From a virus, in IMG/VR virus record IMGVR_UViG_3300032315_001604, positions 64,001 to 128,000 of that record: a stretch of 64,000 nt of DNA. One strand, written 5' to 3'. The position numbers were made by a program, and so were the translations under genes. This document shows positions 57,502-64,000 of this stretch, one piece after another. Each line of letters opens with the position of its first letter. Positions within the stretch are counted from its first letter, which is position 1. Below the pieces are notes generated by a model. The model had not been told where the DNA came from. It searched no databases and saw only the letters and a list, made by a program, of their open reading frames with translations.

Positions 57502-58112
57502 CTACCCATCTTAAGCTGTTCAGTATCGCGCAACTTTTTAGGTGCTGTATTAATATATGTATTTAAAATCTCTTTCAATTTTTCGATTTCACCAGCAATA
57601 CGTGTGATACTGTCAGATGCTTTACGTGTAATACCGCGCAATATACTTCCTGCACGGTCATTATCAGCTAAAATCTTATGTAAATTATCTTCTTCTGGAC
57701 TATTTAAGAACATTGCGAACTCGTCTAATTTTTTAGACCATTCAACAATTTTTTCAACATTTTGAACAGTCAATTCTGGAGAAACCCCTTCAATATCAAA
57801 TTGAGAAGGATCGGTTTCAGGTTGTAAAGATTTCTGAAAATCTTCTTTATTTGCTTCTGGAGTAAAATCTTCAGGATTTTTAGGTTGATCTTCAGATGTT
57901 TCTTCTACATCTGTTTTTATTTCAACGTCTTCTTGCTCTTTAATTAAAGAATAAAGAAAGCTTTTTACAAAAGGAAAATCGGAATCTTCAGTTAAATCCA
58001 AGCGAGACATGTTCGATTTTAAAATTCTATCGACTTCGCTTTTTGCTTTTTTAGAAATTTGTGGTATATTTGTTTTAGACATCTTCTTTTTGACTTTCTT
58101 TGGTTTTTTCAT
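57498..58112 (-). CDS. Hypothetical late protein (basic N-terminus, acidic centre)
   Basis: 204 aa; gTAAATA 6 nt upstream (58119-58124). Confidence 0.55.
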   Translation of the reverse strand: MKKPKKVKKKMSKTNIPQISKKAKSEVDRILKSNMSRLDLTEDSDFPFVKSFLYSLIKEQEDVEIKTDVEETSEDQPKNPEDFTPEANKEDFQKSLQPETDPSQFDIEGVSPELTVQNVEKIVEWSKKLDEFAMFLNSPEEDNLHKILADNDRAGSILRGITRKASDSITRIAGEIEKLKEILNTYINTAPKKLRDTEQLKMGS

Positions 58113-58128
58113 TACAATTATTTACCAT

Positions 58129-58827
58129 ATGTATTTACTCAAAAACACTGACAATTTAGAAAAATTATATAAATTTGTAATAGCCACGCCATATTCTGAT
58201 CAAAATACTTTCAAAAGTAAAGCACAGATTTCATTATCTTTAGATAAAATGGGATGGACTGACATTTCTCATATTGAATATGGAAATAAACAAGGACTTC
58301 CAAAATTATATAATTCTTTTATAAAAGAAGAAAATAGAGATAAACGTATTATTTTTATTCATCATGATGTATTAATAGATGATATGTTACTTTTAGAAAA
58401 ACTAGAAATAGCTTTTAACAAATATGATATTGTTGGGTTAGCAGGTAGTAAAAAATGTAATTTAAATTCTCCATTACCAGCTTGGCATTTAATGTGCAAT
58501 AGAGAAGATATGGTTGGCGAAGTCTCACACGGAAAAGATCAAAATTATTGGACTACGGTTTTTGGTCCTACCGATTCAAGAGCTTTAATTCTAGACGGTC
58601 TTTTTATTGCTGTTAAAACAGACAAACTTTTAGACACAAAAACATTTTTTGATGAAAATTTTGATTTTCATCATTACGACATTAGTTTTTGTATAAAAGC
58701 AAACGCAAACAAATTAAAAATGGGAGTCTATCCAATAAAGGTAACACATTTTGGTTTAGGAGATAGTATGAACTCTAATGCTTGGCAACATAGTGCTGAA
58801 AAATTTAAAAAAATTTACATTAAATGA
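58129..58827 (+). CDS. GT-A glycosyltransferase-like protein
   Basis: YNSFI, IFIHHDV, IVGLAG, LDGLFIA and FDENFDFHHYDISFC; the ATG at 58129 follows TTGACT-N17-TACAAT (58090-58118), while the track start at 58009 overlaps the opposite gene. Confidence 0.7.
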   Translation: MYLLKNTDNLEKLYKFVIATPYSDQNTFKSKAQISLSLDKMGWTDISHIEYGNKQGLPKLYNSFIKEENRDKRIIFIHHDVLIDDMLLLEKLEIAFNKYDIVGLAGSKKCNLNSPLPAWHLMCNREDMVGEVSHGKDQNYWTTVFGPTDSRALILDGLFIAVKTDKLLDTKTFFDENFDFHHYDISFCIKANANKLKMGVYPIKVTHFGLGDSMNSNAWQHSAEKFKKIYIK

Positions 58828-59366
58828 TACAAATGTTTTTAAATTTAGGATTGGAAAAAGAATATGAGATTTTATCGATTGATTGTATAGATCTTTCAAA
58901 GGCTACTGTGTTTTTTGGTGATGAAAATAAACGAAAAAGTGATTTAACTGATATGTCTAAATTTATTTCATCAGTTCCATATGGGAAATATACTGTATAT
59001 AAAAGCGGAAGTCAACATCCGTTGCCACTTTATAACAATTCTAATGATTTCCCTTATATAGTTAATAATCATACTGGAAATTTATTAAAACCAAATTGTA
59101 GTAGAGCAGTTTATCCGTGTTATACTATTGATAATGGTATATGCAGTAAACGTGTATATGCTCATAGAATTTTTGCTATGGCATTTATAGATAATTTTAT
59201 TCCAGAAATTAACTATAATGTTAATCATATTAATGAAGATAAATTAGATTATCGTGTTCATAACATGGAATGGGTTTCAACTTCAAAAAATATGAAAAAC
59301 ATTCGAAATACAGCAAATAAAAAAAATATTAATTTTAAATTTTATTCTAGTGAAAATTACATATGA
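58824..59366 (+). CDS. Free-standing HNH endonuclease
   Basis: RVYAHRIFAMAF...VNHINEDKLDYRVHNMEWVSTSKN. Confidence 0.8.
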   Translation: MIQMFLNLGLEKEYEILSIDCIDLSKATVFFGDENKRKSDLTDMSKFISSVPYGKYTVYKSGSQHPLPLYNNSNDFPYIVNNHTGNLLKPNCSRAVYPCYTIDNGICSKRVYAHRIFAMAFIDNFIPEINYNVNHINEDKLDYRVHNMEWVSTSKNMKNIRNTANKKNINFKFYSSENYI

Positions 59367-59740
59367 AAAAGAAAAATAACAATAATAATTTATTCGATGT
59401 TTTAAATTGGATATTGAAAAGTAAAAAAAAGTTGCCAGAAAATACATTTCAATCAAATTTTATTTTAAATAGATGGCTTTCAATGACATCTCCTGATATA
59501 GCACAGATAATAAATGTTACAGGCAATAGATGGTCAAAATATACCAAAGACTTTTCATTAGCAGAATTTTATCATTCCGTACTTCCAAAATTTTCTAAAA
59601 CAATTCAATATATTAAAAAAGAACAAAAAAATACCGAAAATGAAAATTTAAAACTTTTAGCAGAAAATATGGAAATATCTATAAAAGATGTTCTTTTTTT
59701 AGAAAAGTCACTTGAAGATTTAAATAACTGTTCTAAATAA
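59363..59740 (+). CDS. gp62: Clamp loader small subunit, gp62-like
   Basis: LFDVLNWI, FILNRWLSM, FYHSVLPK...IQYIKK and LAENMEIS. Confidence 0.65.
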   Translation: MKKKNNNNNLFDVLNWILKSKKKLPENTFQSNFILNRWLSMTSPDIAQIINVTGNRWSKYTKDFSLAEFYHSVLPKFSKTIQYIKKEQKNTENENLKLLAENMEISIKDVLFLEKSLEDLNNCSK

Positions 59741-59747
59741 ATTAAAT

Positions 59748-60137
59748 ATGATACCTAGACCTCCTCAAGAAGATAAAATCGGTGGAAAAGTTCAATTAGA
59801 TAGTTATATTGGACATGAAATGAATTTGGATGAATGGACTTTGACAAAAGTATTAGATGACATTTTAATGTGTCAGTATATCGATGTCAGTGAAGACGGA
59901 CAAGAAGTAAAGCGCGGTTCAATATGGGTTCCTGTAAACACTGTAAACTTTACATGGCGTTTAGCAAAAGTTCTTTTATCTGGTCCTGACTGTAAAACAG
60001 TTGAAAGCGGTGATATTGTCATGTTCCCTAATGATAAGGGAATTCAAGTAGCCAATATGAATGGTTTAAAAAATGTTGTGTTTTTAAACGAGTCCAGAAT
60101 TTTTGGTGTATGTGAACCAAAAAAATCTGAAACATAA
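59748..60137 (+). CDS. GroES/Cpn10-like co-chaperonin (gp31 analogue)
   Basis: KVLDDIL, GSIWVP, AKVLLSGPDC, GDIVMF and FLNESRIFGV. Confidence 0.75.
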   Translation: MIPRPPQEDKIGGKVQLDSYIGHEMNLDEWTLTKVLDDILMCQYIDVSEDGQEVKRGSIWVPVNTVNFTWRLAKVLLSGPDCKTVESGDIVMFPNDKGIQVANMNGLKNVVFLNESRIFGVCEPKKSET

Positions 60138-60142
60138 TTTTT

Positions 60143-60523
60143 ATGGCTTTGAGTGTTGGCGGCTTAACAAAACTATGTTTGTCTAATGTAGTTGAATTAA
60201 AGTTTGTACGTCGAAACAAATTAAGAATACCGCCAACTAGACGTATGCTTTGCACATTGGATTCAACTTTATTAAACTCAACTTTAGGAAAAGAAATTTT
60301 AAATTTTAAACCACCGAAATACTCTCCTCCTTACAATGCTGCATCGAAAGGATTGGTTGTAGTTTGGGATGTAATCATGCAAGATTGGAGAGCGGTTCCT
60401 GCGGATAGCTGCGAAGTTGTTACAGCAATAACCACAAAACCAGTTTCAACTTTTTGGAAATATTTTGATACAGTTTTAACTAAAATGAATGCTTCACAGA
60501 AAAAAGCTTTCATGGACAAATAA
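60143..60523 (+). CDS. SH3/Sm-like beta-barrel protein (WYL_2/DUF2693-like)
   Basis: VVELKFVRRN...RRMLCTLD...VVWDVIMQDWRAV. Confidence 0.55.
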   Translation: MALSVGGLTKLCLSNVVELKFVRRNKLRIPPTRRMLCTLDSTLLNSTLGKEILNFKPPKYSPPYNAASKGLVVVWDVIMQDWRAVPADSCEVVTAITTKPVSTFWKYFDTVLTKMNASQKKAFMDK

Positions 60524-60876
60524 TGACAATTCACGGATCAAAATTAGAAAATGCTTGCAGATTTCTTTTACAAAAAGAAATAACTATAGATTTGGGAAAA
60601 AAATTACACAAAAAAGGAAAATTAATTTTATTTTATCAGAAAAACTTTCATTTGATTTTTATAATGAATACTGCTAAAAAAGATAAAGAAAAGATTGAAT
60701 TGCCTATTCCTTATGACGTAGAAGTTCATCATGATGATAATCTAGTATATTTCGATTATCGAATTAAATCGTTGGCAAAATATGCACCTGAAATTGAAAC
60801 AAATTTAATTTTATATCCATTAAAAGTTGCAGGTAATAAATTTTGGGATATAATAGTAACTATAGATGGAAACTAA
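60523..60876 (+). CDS. Hypothetical protein
   Basis: 117-aa ORF in the operon. Confidence 0.5.
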   Translation: MTIHGSKLENACRFLLQKEITIDLGKKLHKKGKLILFYQKNFHLIFIMNTAKKDKEKIELPIPYDVEVHHDDNLVYFDYRIKSLAKYAPEIETNLILYPLKVAGNKFWDIIVTIDGN

Positions 60877-61129
60877 TAGTAATACCGTTTGGATTTATAG
60901 CGTTTTTTCAGGAACATTATATCAATTACCAGAAAAAGATATATCTTTATTAGATATAGGTCAGTTGCCCTTGCTTAAAAAGCCTAATACTAGTTGTAAA
61001 AAATGCTATGGTAAGATGGATTTGGGAAGAGATGCACAAAATTATGCATACGTTCCATGTTCTTGCTTGAGAAAAGTTATAAACTTTGATATACTAAAAA
61101 GTCTTGAAAGCGTTCAATTCACAAAATAG
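60866..61129 (+). CDS. Small protein with a CxxC...CxC motif
   Basis: CKKCYG...VPCSC. Confidence 0.5.
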   Translation: METNSNTVWIYSVFSGTLYQLPEKDISLLDIGQLPLLKKPNTSCKKCYGKMDLGRDAQNYAYVPCSCLRKVINFDILKSLESVQFTK

Positions 61130-62768
61130 TATTTTAGATTTTTTTCCTAAAAATTCTCAACCAAGAACACAACAAAAAGAAGCTCTTCTTAAAATAGAAG
61201 AGTCCTTTAACAAAGGCAAAAAATTTGTAATAGGATGTTTACCTACAGGTTCAGGGAAAAGTCATATTGGATATACTGTAGGCTTATCATCAAGATTGAT
61301 GGATGCTGATCTTGTAGAACTTATTAAGAATTATTCAATCTATAAAAAAAATAAAAATGGCGATTATCATTATGAAGATAATTTTTTAAGTAAAAAACCA
61401 TCCTCTGCATTTATTTTAACTATTACAAAATCTTTACAAGAACAATATTTAGGATTATTTAATGACATCAAAGTTTTAAAGGGTAAAAATAACTATCAAT
61501 GTGATGTAGATGGAAACTTTAGTGCAGAAAATGCGCCATGTATCTTTTCAAAAAAACTTAAAAGCGACTGTTTTGACAAGTGTCGCTGTCCTTATTACGA
61601 AGCAAGGAACGATTCACTTGCATCACAATCTCCAATATTAAACTATCGTGTATTTTTTAACCTTCCTGACTTTTTAAAACGTAGAGAAATTTATATTTGC
61701 GATGAAGCAAGTGGTTTAGAAGATGAATTGGTTGCAAAATATTCGTTAAGTTTGCCTTATAACTTTTTAGAATTTGAAAAAATAAAATTTAAAAAAGTAT
61801 TAAGCGATAATGAAAGAGATTCTTTATTTTGGCTTCAAGATATTCAATTGCAAATAGATGATATCTATGAAGAAATAATTAATAATTTAAATTCTTATGA
61901 TATTTCATCACCTAATGACAAAAAATATCTTAAGGATATGCAACGACTTTCTAAAATATCAAAAATTAAACATACATTAAGCGATACAATCGATAATTGG
62001 GAAAAATGTTCATATCTTTTGGAAAAGAAAGATAAAGATGGTGTTGTTTTTTGTCCTTATAACATCAAACCACTTGCTAAAAAGCTTTTTGACAATGCAG
62101 ATAAAGTTTTAATGATGTCTGCAACAATCAGCAATCATGAAGTATATGCAAAAAGTCTTGGCATTGATGATTACGAATACTTTGAAGCAAAATCTTCTTT
62201 CGATCCAAAGAAATCTCCTATATTTTGCAGCAAAAAATATAAACTTTCTTATAAGAACATTGAAAAAGATCTACCACCAGTTATAGAAGCAGCAATGGCT
62301 ATTTGTGAAACACACAAAAACGAAAAAGGTGTAATCCATACACATACAAATAACATTACTGAAAAAATTAAAGGAAAAGTTAAAGGGGATAGAAGATTTT
62401 TATTCAAAGATGAAATAAACAATAACGAAATGCTTTTGGAAGAACATAAAGCCAATGAGGAAGCAACAATTTTAGTAAGTCCTTCATTAGATACAGGAAT
62501 TAGTTTGGATGATGAATTAGGAAGATTTCAAATTATTATTAAATCTCCTTATTTGCCTTTGGGTTCTAAAAGAATTAAAAAAATGTTTGAAAAAAATCCA
62601 AAACATTATACGATGAAAATGTTAGACAAACTAATTCAAATGTCAGGTCGATGCACTCGTTCAAAAAACGATTATTCAGTAACATATATTCTAGATGGAG
62701 TTGCAGTTGACGTAATTATGCGAGAAAAAACCAATCTACCGAAACATTTTTTAGAAAGATTTGTTTGA
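61104..62768 (+). CDS. DinG/XPD-like SF2 helicase
   Basis: PRTQQ, PTGSGKS, KGKNNYQC plus further Cys, ICDEA, MMSAT, SLDTGISL and QMSGRCTR. Confidence 0.85.
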   Translation: MKAFNSQNSILDFFPKNSQPRTQQKEALLKIEESFNKGKKFVIGCLPTGSGKSHIGYTVGLSSRLMDADLVELIKNYSIYKKNKNGDYHYEDNFLSKKPSSAFILTITKSLQEQYLGLFNDIKVLKGKNNYQCDVDGNFSAENAPCIFSKKLKSDCFDKCRCPYYEARNDSLASQSPILNYRVFFNLPDFLKRREIYICDEASGLEDELVAKYSLSLPYNFLEFEKIKFKKVLSDNERDSLFWLQDIQLQIDDIYEEIINNLNSYDISSPNDKKYLKDMQRLSKISKIKHTLSDTIDNWEKCSYLLEKKDKDGVVFCPYNIKPLAKKLFDNADKVLMMSATISNHEVYAKSLGIDDYEYFEAKSSFDPKKSPIFCSKKYKLSYKNIEKDLPPVIEAAMAICETHKNEKGVIHTHTNNITEKIKGKVKGDRRFLFKDEINNNEMLLEEHKANEEATILVSPSLDTGISLDDELGRFQIIIKSPYLPLGSKRIKKMFEKNPKHYTMKMLDKLIQMSGRCTRSKNDYSVTYILDGVAVDVIMREKTNLPKHFLERFV

Positions 62769-62795
62769 TATCGTGTAGTATTGTAAATACTATAA

Positions 62796-64000
62796 GTGAA
62801 AAACTACACTTTCAATTGGGAAATACAGACTTTATTAGAGCAATTCGTGGCAGCTTTTAATGATGTTATCATTAAAAGATACAATAAAGAAAAAAATGTG
62901 ATACCACCACTGAGTGGTATTAAAGTGAATTACGTATACGGTCCTAAACAAAGAGTTTTTAATAGTTTGCAGACACCTGCACCAGGAGGATTAACCGTTC
63001 CAGCAATTGCAGTTAGTATTGGCGGCATATCAAGAGATAACAATAGAGTCTTTAATAAGAATGATGGATTTGCTGTTCCATACAATATTACAGCAACACC
63101 AGCAGATTTTATAAAAAAAATACCACAACCTGTTCCGCTTAATATTAACGTAAACATGACCATGATCACAAGATACCAGAGTGACATGGATCAGTTAATT
63201 TCTAATTTTGCTCCGTATTGTGATCCGTATATTGTAATATCTTGGAAAGTGCCTACTTTAGATGGCACACTATCTCCTTATGAGATAAGGACTGAAGTAT
63301 TATGGAGCGGAAATATAAATTTATCGTATCCAAATGATGCAGGTCCAAATACACCATTTCGTATTGTAGCTGATACAAGTTTTGTTATTAAAGGATGGAT
63401 TTTCAAGAAAATAGATGAAACTTATAAAAAAATATATGTAATCAATTCTGATTATAATGCAGTAAACAATACACAAGAAAATCTTTTAACTGATATTGAT
63501 GATTACAGCACAGAATGGTTTACAATCTCTGCTAGACCTCAACCAAAAAGAATAACACCATATAAAGCAATTGCATTTCAATCTCCATTATCAGGTAATG
63601 CCATAAATGTTAATGTTTTTGGAAAATCTTTTTTTGATGTAACAAATGTTTATGTAAGTGCTTCAAACTTTGCAATGTTTGATAACATTACGTACTTTAA
63701 TCCTTTTTCTGCAATTGGTTCTTTATCTGCAAAATATCCCGCATTTTACGGAATAGTAATTCCAACATTTACGCTTTTCAATGAAAACTTTTTAACTTTT
63801 GAGTTACCTGAATTACCAAACACTACTGGATTTTTAGATATTATTGTTGAAAACGAAGCAGGATATGGAAAATTGACTGTTGATAGCAAATTACCTTTTA
63901 TAAGTTCTTGGTCAGGAGCTACTAATTTACAATTTCCTTATATATCAGGATTTCAAGTAGGAACAATTGCAGATCCCACATGGTATTTGCCTGATGATCT
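62796..64000 (+). CDS. gp15: Tail sheath stabilizer/terminator, gp15-like, with a C-terminal extension; 3'-truncated and absent from the ORF track
   Basis: GTG at 62796 with an open frame to the window end: NYTFNWEIQTLLEQFVAAFNDV...YGPKQR...PVPLNINVNM...DQLISNFAPYCDP...FVIKGWIF; gTAAATA 6 nt upstream. Confidence 0.8.
   Translation, partial: MKNYTFNWEIQTLLEQFVAAFNDVIIKRYNKEKNVIPPLSGIKVNYVYGPKQRVFNSLQTPAPGGLTVPAIAVSIGGISRDNNRVFNKNDGFAVPYNITATPADFIKKIPQPVPLNINVNMTMITRYQSDMDQLISNFAPYCDPYIVISWKVPTLDGTLSPYEIRTEVLWSGNINLSYPNDAGPNTPFRIVADTSFVIKGWIFKKIDETYKKIYVINSDYNAVNNTQENLLTDIDDYSTEWFTISARPQPKRITPYKAIAFQSPLSGNAINVNVFGKSFFDVTNVYVSASNFAMFDNITYFNPFSAIGSLSAKYPAFYGIVIPTFTLFNENFLTFELPELPNTTGFLDIIVENEAGYGKLTVDSKLPFISSWSGATNLQFPYISGFQVGTIADPTWYLPDD

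Noticed and set aside
58009-58128. Extended N-terminus of the GT given by the ORF track (and similar extensions at 17149, 32000, 44276, 44593, 46794, 47742)
   Set aside because: These extensions overlap neighbouring genes. Downstream ATGs fit the promoter positions or stop-start coupling better.
1-64000. Alternative genetic code (stop-codon recoding, as in some large phages)
   Set aside because: Core genes (gp17, gp43, gp41, gp46, gp47) are full length in the standard code, and coding density is near complete.
1-64000. tRNA, rRNA, riboswitch, integrase or att site
   Set aside because: Intergenic gaps are under about 100 nt and AT-rich. I saw no cloverleaf or T-loop motif and no recombinase ORF; a tRNAscan/Infernal run would confirm.

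Overview
A 64-kb, very AT-rich, densely coding fragment of a large T4-like (T4-supergroup) myophage genome, read in the standard genetic code. From left to right: (1) baseplate, tail and packaging genes on + (1-15.9 kb): two gp26-like hub proteins, tape measure, gp48-like, gp53, terminase gp17, gp3-like, gp27-like hub and a split gp5; (2) a replication/recombination block on - (17-44.6 kb): gp45, gp32, gp59-like, DHH, gp41, UvsX, ThyX, gp43, gp46, gp47, gp55, UvsW, UvsY; (3) about 10 kb of glycosyltransferase and methyltransferase genes inside that block, separating gp46 from gp47; (4) a GIY-YIG nuclease, a Gram-negative-type lysis cassette and two long SHAEG-repeat fibre genes; (5) primase, gp62, GroES-like, a DinG-like helicase and a gp15-like gene running off the right edge. 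I saw no tRNA, rRNA, CRISPR array, integrase or reverse transcriptase. The most notable observations are: the glycan-building island with its own sigma70-type promoter; a two-class promoter system (sigma70-like TTGxxx-N16-TAnnnT before replication genes, TAAATA before virion genes) placed only a few nt before start codons, implying near-leaderless mRNAs; a perfect-consensus orphan promoter pointing antisense into the lysis cassette; an NlpC/P60-CHAP-like domain inserted inside the gp5 OB fold; and a spanin-like pair with unusual topology. All family calls come from motif recognition by eye; no database search was run.
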